From contig JBQGBZ010000063.1 of assembly GCA_052038215.1 (NCBI GenBank), positions 1-60,690 of the forward strand: a DNA stretch of 60,690 nt, in the 5' to 3' direction. The notes beneath the pieces were generated by a model. The model made no database searches. It was not told where the DNA came from and was given only the letters and a program-made list of their open reading frames with translations. Source of the DNA: Nitrososphaera sp. Its GTDB lineage: Archaea; Thermoproteota; Nitrososphaeria; Nitrososphaerales; Nitrososphaeraceae. The position numbers were made by a program, and so were the translations under genes. Numbering within the stretch: position 1 is the first letter of the stretch; each line of letters starts with the position of its first letter. This document shows, piece by piece, positions 10,246 to 19,400 of this stretch.

Positions 10246-10905
10246 TTACTGTGGATGCTCACCTGCTGAAGTGCGGATACTACTGCCTGAGTAGGATCCC
10301 ATTGGAACATCCGGAAAGCTATCAGTCATTCTTTGCTCTGCAACTGCGCCTGCCTCTGCTAATATCCTGTCTACTTCTTCACCGCTTGAGTCGAAGGCGA
10401 AAGAGGTGTGACCAAGGGATCCTGCACTCATCATAATATCGCCGAATACGCCATTGATTTCTCCAAGTTCTCTGTCTACTTCCGGCATTACGCCTCCAAG
10501 CCCAGTCCTCACTTTTGTTAGGGCGCCCATCGCAGGACCTATTGCCACCATAACGTCTCCAAGATCGATAGTGGACTCCAACCGGAGTTGTATCTGTTCC
10601 AGTGCAATCTTGAGCTGGGAGATCATCTTGGTTGACCTTCTCACTTGGGCGATCTCATTTGAGATCATCTTACCCTGTTGGGTATCATGTTTCTGAAGAG
10701 CATAAACAGTCTGGTTGAAGAGAGATCTTTCTTTACTTCGTAGTTTCTCAAGAATTGTCTCTAGTTTTTGGTTCTGTGCCTGAATCTTCTTCTTGGCAAG
10801 CTCGATTCTCGGTTTAAGTGGTTGTGATTGGCCAACATTCTGCTTTATTTTCTCAGACATTGTCGGTTTATTGTCCTTTATCCAGTTATTGCTGAAGCTT
10901 GTCAT
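10246..10905 (-). CDS. cdvB: ESCRT-III/Snf7-family cell division protein CdvB paralog
   Basis: PLKPRI, coiled coil, ALEQIQLRLESTIDLGDV, ILAEAGAVAE..FPDVP. Confidence 0.88.
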   Translation of the reverse strand: MTSFSNNWIKDNKPTMSEKIKQNVGQSQPLKPRIELAKKKIQAQNQKLETILEKLRSKERSLFNQTVYALQKHDTQQGKMISNEIAQVRRSTKMISQLKIALEQIQLRLESTIDLGDVMVAIGPAMGALTKVRTGLGGVMPEVDRELGEINGVFGDIMMSAGSLGHTSFAFDSSGEEVDRILAEAGAVAEQRMTDSFPDVPMGSYSGSSIRTSAGEHPQ

Positions 10906-11048
10906 AGCAACTAACCAGCGATTATAGCGTTAAATAGAAATGTCATAATTGAATAACCATCTAGTTATAATTTATAGACAAATTTGGCTGCTTGAGCAAC
11001 GAGGTTGGAAAAGCTATTAAATGCAAAGATACACGCTAGACTAGCATT

Positions 11049-11501
11049 ATGGGAAGGACAAAGGTGACAAAGAGCGAGGATAGCACTCAGGAAGAGGGAC
11101 TTCCCAAATGGGCGGAAGACGAGATAAAATCTGCTCAATTTGGACAGCCCGAGGTAATAACGAGGACAGGCTACTTTCTTGACATTTACGAACATGATTA
11201 CAAGGTCGATATCCAGGTCTACGAACAGATGCCTGATGGGAGAACAATTGTTGAGGATCTCGACATCCCCAAATCAATGAAGATATCAGATTTTATGAAG
11301 GGCTTCGTATATGAGTACAAGATCAAGGTGTTCATGGCTAACTTAAGCGCTAAAGTAGTTGAACTCCTTAAGACGAAGTTTGCTCTTGATATGAAGGCAA
11401 TATATCGTTTTGAGTTGCAGGAGCTGCAACTTATGGATGTAGAGTCCGATTTACCTCCTGCATCCTCACCTCCAGGGGAAACAGATAACGAGGATGAATA
11501 A
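11049..11501 (+). CDS. Conserved hypothetical protein
   Basis: 150-aa ORF divergent from cdvB, protein-like composition, acidic tail. Confidence 0.7.
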   Translation: MGRTKVTKSEDSTQEEGLPKWAEDEIKSAQFGQPEVITRTGYFLDIYEHDYKVDIQVYEQMPDGRTIVEDLDIPKSMKISDFMKGFVYEYKIKVFMANLSAKVVELLKTKFALDMKAIYRFELQELQLMDVESDLPPASSPPGETDNEDE

Positions 11502-11577
11502 CCTTGCAGGCGCTGACACTAGAGAATAAACCCATTTGCTTCTCTGAATATAGCAGCAATTACTAAGGATCACTTGC

Positions 11578-11610
11578 CCGCCAACTCTGAATGAGGCGGA
11601 CTATTTTTTT
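11578..11610 (+). terminator. Putative terminator (hairpin followed by a T-tract)
   Basis: CCGCC-N12-GGCGG followed by TTTTTTT downstream of the 11049-11501 ORF. Confidence 0.35.
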
Positions 11611-12253
11611 CAAAAACCGGATCAATTTTTGACTGAATAGAGTGTCAATAATCTCGCAGCCTAAACAAGAGGTTGCTCTAATTCACATATCACCACATCA
11701 ACGTATTCAAGGTTAAAATTTTCCTTAATCACAACATGGATAGTACTGTTGACATTCCAATGCTCATTTCTCAAGTAATTTAGAGTAAGGAGAAACACTA
11801 GGATAAGCCAACTATAATGAATTCAAAGTGAATGGAGCTTGCAATTTGGTCTGTTGTAGGCACTGAACTAACATCTGCTACGTGACTTACAAATTTAATT
11901 TTAAAGTGAGTATTAGAGAAATATTTTGTGCACATGAAACCATATCACGATTAGTTTGATATCCTGCTAATCAATTTTTTATTTGAGAATTTCTTGATGC
12001 TATTTAAGAAACTGCCCTTGCAAACATAAGCAATCGTATTGTAGGTTTGTGGAATCCCCAAATTTTGCACAATGAGAGTGATAATGAAAATAAAATTATA
12101 CGAAACCATTGATAGGAGAATGAATTAGTATGCAAATTTTGTTTTGTAAAATCTAATACAACTGTATAACGATATTTACGAAGCTTTTGTGATAACTGTT
12201 TTGCCCTTCAAGGAAGAAACCTTATTCATTGTATCTTTATGCCTAACCCCTCA

Positions 12254-13336
12254 TCATGTAGTGCTGTTATTATCGTTGTCCGGCTTTTTGTCTTCATGTC
12301 CTGTATTTGGGTGTTGGATTTTTGGAGCAGAAACCCTGTATACAGTAATCTTCATGAGAGCGATCCATGTAATGACAAGCGGCACGTGGTAAGTAGCTAT
12401 CCTCCATGCAATTATCACGTTCAATTGAGAGTCATTGGTGACGTCCTCAAGGTTTGGTATACCACTGAGATTTACAAGATAGGCCCAAATGCCGAGTTCG
12501 GCAAGCCCAGAGCCACCTATTGTAATAGGCAGGTTTGCCACCGCGGTTGATGCTGACGTTGCCATCAACGAGTCAAATAGGCCGATCCGTGGTTCAACTG
12601 CATTAGCAAGCACCATGAATGAGATACCATAAAATACGAACGCAATGACAGTTATTGCTATTCCAACTGCAAATGTATGGATCGATTTTTTGGAGTTGAA
12701 AATTTCTCGGCTCATATTACACAAATCTGCAATAGCTGTGTTCGCTGAATTTACAAGATTCTCTGACCTTTTTTTTGAGAGGAACTTTTCTACTAACTTC
12801 TGTGAGAAGGATGGAAGGCGAAGGGTACGCTTGGCAGAAAAAAGAATAAGCCCCAACCAAATGGCTAAAGTTGGAATGGTTATCAGAATTACAGTCAATC
12901 CAATCACGCTTCCGCCACGGTAAATCGCAAAGGCGCCAGCGATAAATGCCAGTACTGACCCTACAAATACATCTGCAAGTATTTCCATGGTCGTTATCCA
13001 TGCGGCCTTGCCTGGTGGAACTCCCTTTCTTGTAAGCCAGGCTATCCTTACTATTTCTCCACCTACATAGGATGGAGTAGTCTGGGTAACAAATTCGCCG
13101 GCTAGTCTAGCTGTTACAGTCTCGCCTGTAGACGCAACGTCATAACCAAGAAAATGCCTGATAAAATACTTGAATCTGAGCGCCTGCAACAGCATTTTGA
13201 TGATTGCTGCAGCCGCTGCAGCTAGAAATGGTATAATCCCTAAAGCAAAAATATCTTGAGGCGAGACGTTGGAAGTAAGGATCAGGATAATGAAAGGTAC
13301 CAGGCTTACAGGGATGGCAACAAGTCGCCAGTTCAA
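12254..13336 (-). CDS. UPF0104 / flippase-like membrane protein (lysylphosphatidylglycerol synthase TM family)
   Basis: Multiple TM segments, TPSYVGGE..R, P.TIGGSGLAE, WRIATY. Confidence 0.85.
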   Translation of the reverse strand: MNWRLVAIPVSLVPFIILILTSNVSPQDIFALGIIPFLAAAAAAIIKMLLQALRFKYFIRHFLGYDVASTGETVTARLAGEFVTQTTPSYVGGEIVRIAWLTRKGVPPGKAAWITTMEILADVFVGSVLAFIAGAFAIYRGGSVIGLTVILITIPTLAIWLGLILFSAKRTLRLPSFSQKLVEKFLSKKRSENLVNSANTAIADLCNMSREIFNSKKSIHTFAVGIAITVIAFVFYGISFMVLANAVEPRIGLFDSLMATSASTAVANLPITIGGSGLAELGIWAYLVNLSGIPNLEDVTNDSQLNVIIAWRIATYHVPLVITWIALMKITVYRVSAPKIQHPNTGHEDKKPDNDNNSTT

Positions 13337-13827
13337 CTACTATAACTCTTTCTTTGATACAAGGTACTACTATAAGAAGGAATGTATAATCTTGGGCTAT
13401 TCATGCATAATTTTATTATATCATACGATCATCAATCACTTTTTGTAACAATAGAACCAATTACTTCAGATACTATATGTGCATCTAACCGCATTTAATC
13501 AGGAGTTAAAAGAGATTATAGAATTGGGCGTTGAGAGGTAATGAGATGTTATTGTTCAATGGTCAGCATGCTATGACACCAAGGGGAAGAAAATAAAAGT
13601 AAAATGAAGGTTCGTGTTAGAGACGAAAAGAAGGTCTTTTGTGGCAGTAATTGTTGTGTAGCGTTAGTAGCGCTAGTAGGTATGGTCTCGTTATCGTTAA
13701 GGTTCAGAGGTTTACCGAAAGATCGTTGACTACTATCGTTACTATGTATCCTATCCGCTACCAGAGTCACCATTTATGTCCATTCTCATTGATAAAAGGT
13801 AGATATATCCAGCACAAGGTTTCCTTG

Positions 13828-14586
13828 ATGGCAATGAAGGCGATATTTATAGCAGGGACTGCAGGGTCTGGAAAATCGCTCCTTACCTCTAGATTACTTC
13901 AGTGGTATAAAGACAATAGTGCCTACCCTATAACTCTTAACCTTGACCCAGGTGCAATCAACTTGCCTTATGAACCAGACGTTGATGTACGCAATTACAT
14001 TGACATTGCCACGTTGATGGAGAGCTACGGACTTGGCCCCAATGGTTCGCTTATAATGGCAAGTGATATGATTGCAACAAAGTTGGATGAGATTCAGAAG
14101 GAGGTAGATGAGCTGAACCCAGACTACCTCATAGTGGACACTCCAGGCCAGGTAGAGCTCTTTGCGTTTCGAGCAAGCGGTCCATATTTTGCCATAAATT
14201 TTCATGCGGATGACAAGGCCACGATATTTACCTTTGATGGGATGTTAGTATCATCTCCGATTAACTTTGTATCTATTTCACTGCTTGCATTATCTGTCAG
14301 ACTGCGATTGAAAATGGCTCAGATAAATGTGCTTACAAAACGCGATATTGTGTTAGACAATCTAAAAAATATTATGGAGTGGGCGAGCTCAAGTATGGCC
14401 CTTGAACATACTCTCAACATCGAAAAAGATGCCGAGTATTCTCTCTTAACTAAAGATCTGGCGCGCAGCATAAGCAAAGGAGGTTTCGGTCAGAGTCTAA
14501 TAGCTGTTTCTAGCATCACGATGAGTGGCATGGTCAACTTAGCTGCTGCCCTTGCTCGAATCCTTAATCAGGGAGAGGACATTTAG
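13828..14586 (+). CDS. GPN-loop GTPase
   Basis: GTAGSGKS, NLDPG, YGLGPNG, DTPGQVELF; start placed at 13828 or 13834. Confidence 0.93.
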   Translation: MAMKAIFIAGTAGSGKSLLTSRLLQWYKDNSAYPITLNLDPGAINLPYEPDVDVRNYIDIATLMESYGLGPNGSLIMASDMIATKLDEIQKEVDELNPDYLIVDTPGQVELFAFRASGPYFAINFHADDKATIFTFDGMLVSSPINFVSISLLALSVRLRLKMAQINVLTKRDIVLDNLKNIMEWASSSMALEHTLNIEKDAEYSLLTKDLARSISKGGFGQSLIAVSSITMSGMVNLAAALARILNQGEDI

Positions 14587-15534
14587 GTGATTGGAGAATC
14601 ATGTATCGCAACCGCTCCATGCTCAACTGCAAACCTAGGACCAGGCTATGATGTATTTGGTCTTGCGCTTGATGCGCTTGAGGACAAAGTCAAGATAAGC
14701 AGGAGGATATCTCCAAGCGCGGGTGGAAAAATAAATATCAAGAACAGTGATCAATCGATTCCATCAAAGGCTGAATCAAATTCTGCCGGCTTGGTTGTAA
14801 AAAAGATGATGCAGGATTTTGAGATCAGTGATAGTACAGAGATCGAGATCATAAAAGGTGTGCCACCAGGCTATGGTATTGGCAGCAGTGCTGCTTCGGC
14901 AGCAGCTGCTGCGATAGCATATAACTCACTTTATGATTTAGAGATTGACAAAAATAAGCTCGTAGAATATGCCGCAGAAGGCGAGCTCGCTAGCGCTGGC
15001 ATAAAACACTATGATAACGTCTCTGCTTCTTTGCTGGGTGGCTTTGTGATAAGCAGCATTACAAGAGAAAGTCTGCAATTTATTAGGTTAGAGCCCCCCA
15101 AGGACCTCGTCCTTGTTATTGCAGTTCCATCGCTAGAGGTGCCAAAGAAAAAGACAGAGGTAGCAAGGAGCGTCCTTCCAAATTTGGTACCGCTCAAAGA
15201 CGTGGTTCACAATATTTCGGGAGCATCTACAATAGTTGCAGGGTTTGCGACAAAGGATATAGAAACTATAACAAGAGGAATAGACGATGTCATTATCGAG
15301 TCAGCAAGAAAGCATTTGATACCAAGCTATGATAATGTCAAGCAGAATGCTATTTCTGCAGGTGCCCTTGCAGTCACAATAAGTGGTGCGGGGCCTTCTA
15401 TGATAGCTTTTCTGAAAACCCATAGAAACGCAGAGGCAGTAGCTGCCGCCATGGCTAATGGGTTCGAAAAGACAGGTGTAAAGAGTAAGACATTTGTTTG
15501 CAGGGCCAGCGAGGGTGCCCGACTTTTGACATAG
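14587..15534 (+). CDS. thrB: Homoserine kinase
   Basis: STANLGPGYD, PPGYGIGSSAASA GHMP motif, HYDN, ISGAGPS. Confidence 0.95.
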   Translation: MIGESCIATAPCSTANLGPGYDVFGLALDALEDKVKISRRISPSAGGKINIKNSDQSIPSKAESNSAGLVVKKMMQDFEISDSTEIEIIKGVPPGYGIGSSAASAAAAAIAYNSLYDLEIDKNKLVEYAAEGELASAGIKHYDNVSASLLGGFVISSITRESLQFIRLEPPKDLVLVIAVPSLEVPKKKTEVARSVLPNLVPLKDVVHNISGASTIVAGFATKDIETITRGIDDVIIESARKHLIPSYDNVKQNAISAGALAVTISGAGPSMIAFLKTHRNAEAVAAAMANGFEKTGVKSKTFVCRASEGARLLT

Positions 15535-15539
15535 CAGTA

Positions 15540-16400
15540 CTACTTTTTGCTCTTGTTGAGGAAAGCGGACATCATTTTCTGTCTGTCTTCGTGAGCAAAG
15601 CAGAGCGCCCAACCATAGATCTCAAGCCTAAGTCCTGTCTCTAGATCCGAGTCCATTCCTCTGTTTATCAGATTCTTGCTAACCTTGACTGCCGTGAAAC
15701 TGTTCTTTGCTATTTCCTTTGCAAGCGCAAGAGATTCGTCCATCAACTTCCTATTTAGGATCTTGGCGATTTCACTAGCCCTTTCCTTTTCCTTCGCTGC
15801 GTCACCTTTGGGTGCTTCAGGGGGAATTTTATCGTCAGATCCTAGGTTGATTACCTTATTAACGAGCCCTATTTGATAGGCTTCATCTGCCGTTATCATT
15901 TTGCCAGTGAATATTAGCTCCTTCGCCTTTGCCGGACCTACAATCCGCATCAGACGCTGTGTTCCACCCCATCCAGGGGGTATGCCTATTGTCACTTCGG
16001 GTTGCCCGATTTTGGCATTGCTTGAGGCGATACGGATATCACAAGCCATTGCTAACTCGCAACCGCCACCAAGGGCAAAGCCGTTTACTGCAGCAATCAC
16101 TGGCTTTTCCAGACGATCTATTTTGTTTATTACGTCTTGAGCAGAAGTAGCATACTTTTCTGCCTGCATTGGATCTATATTGACCATATAAGAAATATCT
16201 GCGCCGGCACAGAAAGAGCGCTCGCCCGCACCAGTAATAACTAATGTTTTAATGCTCCCATCAGCTGCAATAATATCAATCATTTTTGAAAGCTCTGATA
16301 TGACATCCAGATTCATGGCGTTAAGTGCTTCAGGTCTATTTATCCTCAGAATTGCAATGTCACCTTGCGGTTCAAGCTGAATGTACTTCATGGTAGACAT
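15540..16400 (-). CDS. Enoyl-CoA hydratase, probable 3-hydroxypropionyl-CoA dehydratase/crotonyl-CoA hydratase of the 3HP/4HB cycle
   Basis: INRPEALNA, FCAGADI, NGFALGGGCEL, GQPEVTIGIPPGWGGTQRL; pathway role inferred from taxon. Confidence 0.88.
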   Translation of the reverse strand: MSTMKYIQLEPQGDIAILRINRPEALNAMNLDVISELSKMIDIIAADGSIKTLVITGAGERSFCAGADISYMVNIDPMQAEKYATSAQDVINKIDRLEKPVIAAVNGFALGGGCELAMACDIRIASSNAKIGQPEVTIGIPPGWGGTQRLMRIVGPAKAKELIFTGKMITADEAYQIGLVNKVINLGSDDKIPPEAPKGDAAKEKERASEIAKILNRKLMDESLALAKEIAKNSFTAVKVSKNLINRGMDSDLETGLRLEIYGWALCFAHEDRQKMMSAFLNKSKK

Positions 16401-16483
16401 ATTGTGACAGTAGGCAGCATTCCTTTTCAATAAAATCTTATTGGTTCCGCCTATCAGGCGATGATTAAAAAACCAGGTTAAAG

Positions 16484-17353
16484 ATGATCGCTATAATGGT
16501 TAAGCTTCATCGCTCAAACGCTGACACCATGAAAGATGTAGATATTGTTGTGATAGGCGTCCCAGATGAATCCAATTCGCACGCTAAGCGTAAGGGAACA
16601 AGCAGAGCACCTGATGCATTGAGAGTAGCATCAAACGACTCAGAATTTTTTGAACGTGGCGGAATGCTTATCCCTACTTGTCCAATGAGCGGACCCCTTG
16701 ATGGAAAGTGTATATTTGATGCAGGCAATATACCAGACAAGCATAAGCTGCGCGAATTGGTGACTGACATTACTTTACACGGCAAGCTGCCAATTATGAT
16801 TGGAGGAGATCATTCTCTAAGTACTGAAGCTATACAGGCGGTCTCTAATGCGATCGGGAAAAAACTATCACTTTTGTACTTTGACGCCCATCCCGACTTT
16901 GTTTCTTCAACTACGAATTATTATGGTTCAGTGCTTACTGACTCGACACAATCGCTCAACTTTAGAAAAAGTATGTTGATAGGTACGAGGGCGGCTGAGC
17001 CAGAAGAACTTGAAAATGCAAAAAAGGTGGGTCTGAGGATCATAAATCCATTAGAAATTGTTGAGCTAGGAGTAAAAAGAGTGGCGCAAATGATAAGAGC
17101 GCGAACAAGAGGGTCTAAGGTGTATATCTCAGTGGACCTCGACTGCCTAGATCCAGCTTTTGCTCCAGGCGTATCGGTACCTTCGCCTGGAGGTCTGTCA
17201 TCCATAGATCTCATCTATCTACTCAGCAAGACAATTAGTACCTCAAATGTTGTAGCTATTGACATAGTCGAACTTGCTCCAGATTATGACATCAGTGATA
17301 CTACTGCAATGCTTGCTGCTAGGATAATGTCAGAATGTATTGCATCATTCTAG
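16484..17353 (+). CDS. Ureohydrolase (agmatinase/arginase family)
   Basis: GGDHS, DAHPD, SVDLDCLDPAFAPG, DIVELAP. Confidence 0.9.
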   Translation: MIAIMVKLHRSNADTMKDVDIVVIGVPDESNSHAKRKGTSRAPDALRVASNDSEFFERGGMLIPTCPMSGPLDGKCIFDAGNIPDKHKLRELVTDITLHGKLPIMIGGDHSLSTEAIQAVSNAIGKKLSLLYFDAHPDFVSSTTNYYGSVLTDSTQSLNFRKSMLIGTRAAEPEELENAKKVGLRIINPLEIVELGVKRVAQMIRARTRGSKVYISVDLDCLDPAFAPGVSVPSPGGLSSIDLIYLLSKTISTSNVVAIDIVELAPDYDISDTTAMLAARIMSECIASF

Positions 17354-17691
17354 GCATTTATCAGATGTTCATTTCAATCACTATACTTAATAGATTGACT
17401 TGGCTTACCTCAGCTTGGTGCAGATTCAGAGTGTTTCCCTTCTAGATCGGTCACTGACATTATAGCTGCATCATCATCTCAGTAGATATTTTTCTGGTAG
17501 GTGTTCAAAGAGAAGGATACCAGCTAGCATTTTTACATTACCACCTACGATGCGGAGATAATTTTTCTTTGAGGAGGACGAGGCAGGATTTGACTGTCAG
17601 CACAATTTTTGCACTTTATAAGAACTACGATACTGAATAGATTCAGTTCCTATGGAAGGTAAACTCAGAGAAAGAGAAGAGAAATTTACAA

Positions 17692-18297
17692 TTACTTACG
17701 CAGTTTGATCGTAATCTCTTCCCCCAATCCTATTGGCACGGTGATTGACTGGGTATTGGGTTTGCTATGCACATGGAGCGCATACTTTCTCATAGCGGGT
17801 CTAAAATGGTCAGGATAAAGCATATTATCTGCCGCAATTATCCCTCCAATTCTTACCAAAGGTAGTACAAGATCAAAATATCTTATGATATTCTCTTTAT
17901 CGGCGTCAAGGAAGACAAAATCAAACTTGCCTTTTAGATCATGTAACAGATCAAGCGCAAGGCCTTGTTTTATCTCTATCATCTTATCAAAACCCGCTTC
18001 TTTGAAATTTTTCAATGCCCACTCTACTTTTTGCGGGTTCATTTCTATCGTTATTATCTTCGTGTTGCGGTTCTTGCCTATTGCATCGGCGAACCACAGT
18101 GTAGAAAACCCAGCAGAGGTGCCTACTTCTAAGATACGTCTTGCCCTGATTGCCTTGAGGAGTACTGAAAAGAATATACCAGTATCAGCTGTTATGGCAA
18201 GCATCTCTTGGTCAGGTTCAACTTTTACTCTGCCATTTCTTTCTCGATTTGCTTGTTTATTAAGCCGGGATATTACCTTTAGAACCTCGGTGTCCAC
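17692..18297 (-). CDS. Class I SAM-dependent O-methyltransferase
   Basis: ILEVGTSAGFS, FDFVFLDADK, GGIIAADN. Confidence 0.92.
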   Translation of the reverse strand: MDTEVLKVISRLNKQANRERNGRVKVEPDQEMLAITADTGIFFSVLLKAIRARRILEVGTSAGFSTLWFADAIGKNRNTKIITIEMNPQKVEWALKNFKEAGFDKMIEIKQGLALDLLHDLKGKFDFVFLDADKENIIRYFDLVLPLVRIGGIIAADNMLYPDHFRPAMRKYALHVHSKPNTQSITVPIGLGEEITIKLRK

Positions 18298-18330
18298 GTC
18301 TGCAACAATGCATACATATGATATTTTATT

Positions 18331-18474
18331 TTAAATGTTCTTCTGCTTCAATAGTGATAAAATATTCACTTTTTCTGCCTTGTAATTTATCCTCGTTACT
18401 GATTCTCGCTGTCTAAGCAGTTGGTCTTTGCGAGCCTTCCATCCTTCAATCGCAACCTCATAAGCGTGTGACAT
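18331..18474 (-). CDS. Small hypothetical protein (47 aa, not in ORF track)
   Basis: MSHAYEVAIEGWKARKDQLLRQRESVTRINYKAEKVNILSLLKQKNI*; G-rich Shine-Dalgarno-like stretch upstream; ends 33 nt before the O-methyltransferase start. Confidence 0.55.
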   Translation of the reverse strand: MSHAYEVAIEGWKARKDQLLRQRESVTRINYKAEKVNILSLLKQKNI

Positions 18475-18560
18475 TCAAGCCCCCCCTGACAAGATGAAGC
18501 AAGAAGGCTATACCCGGCTTTTAATTGTTGCAGGGATCAAACTATTAACTTTTTTATTGT

Positions 18561-19298
18561 GTGCTGCCAAGAGAAAGTTCGATGGAATTTGTAAACGTTG
18601 AGGAGCCCGATGTAAACAAGCCAATAATGATTGCTGCTATGCAAGACATGGGAAATGTTGGTAGTATTGCCATCGATTTTATTAATAGGAACCTCGACAC
18701 CAGGTTGTTTAGGTATGTCTTAGCACCTTATCCAAATTATGTTGTTGATAAAGGGGGTTATATTGACTATCATCAGGAAAAGTGGGAATATCGCAATATC
18801 AACAGCATCATCGTTTTTGGAGGTGGCATTGGTCAGCCTCAGACCAATCATGAGCTGTACAAATTGTGCCAAGATGTCATTAATATTGCCAAGATGTACT
18901 CCGTGCAATTAATTTATGCTCTAGGTGCATTCCACACAGACCGAAACTATGGCAAGGACCCAAGGACACTTGTCACAACAACTTCGCAGGAGTTAACAGA
19001 GCAAATAGTGAAAATAGGTCACAACACTACTCCAGGATCGTCTCTAATAACAGGTTTCAATGGTCTTATTCTAGGATATGCTAAGAGGAATAACATTCAG
19101 GGCATAGGATTGTTTGCAGAGATCAATGACCCCCAAATATTGCAATACCGGTCAGCAAAGAGCCTGTTAGTTTCGCTCGAAAAGCTGACGTATCAGAGAT
19201 TCAAAGGTCTAGAAGAATTGGACCAAATGGCAGACGCAGTTGAACGAGAGATGGACAGAATAAGAAGGATGGGCGGTGATTCGTTATATCGTCCATAA
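18561..19298 (+). CDS. PAC2-family proteasome assembly chaperone
   Basis: IAAMQDMGNVG, YALGAF, ITGFNGLILG..GIGLFAE; start may be ATG 18582. Confidence 0.88.
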   Translation: MLPRESSMEFVNVEEPDVNKPIMIAAMQDMGNVGSIAIDFINRNLDTRLFRYVLAPYPNYVVDKGGYIDYHQEKWEYRNINSIIVFGGGIGQPQTNHELYKLCQDVINIAKMYSVQLIYALGAFHTDRNYGKDPRTLVTTTSQELTEQIVKIGHNTTPGSSLITGFNGLILGYAKRNNIQGIGLFAEINDPQILQYRSAKSLLVSLEKLTYQRFKGLEELDQMADAVEREMDRIRRMGGDSLYRP

Positions 19299-19400
19299 TA
19301 GTAATAATTATAGTTTAGTACAACTTATCGAGCTTGTACATCTTTCCAGACAACATTATCTTCCTAATACAATATCTGACTTCCATGAGCACACAGGTCG

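Noticed and set aside
11611-12253. About 640 nt of non-coding sequence checked for tRNA, ncRNA or IS remnants
   Set aside because: No cloverleaf, terminal inverted repeats or transposase fragment was visible.
13549-13827. 74-aa minus-strand ORF and the long N-terminal extension of the GPN GTPase ORF
   Set aside because: No family signal; GTPase homology starts at 13828 or 13834.
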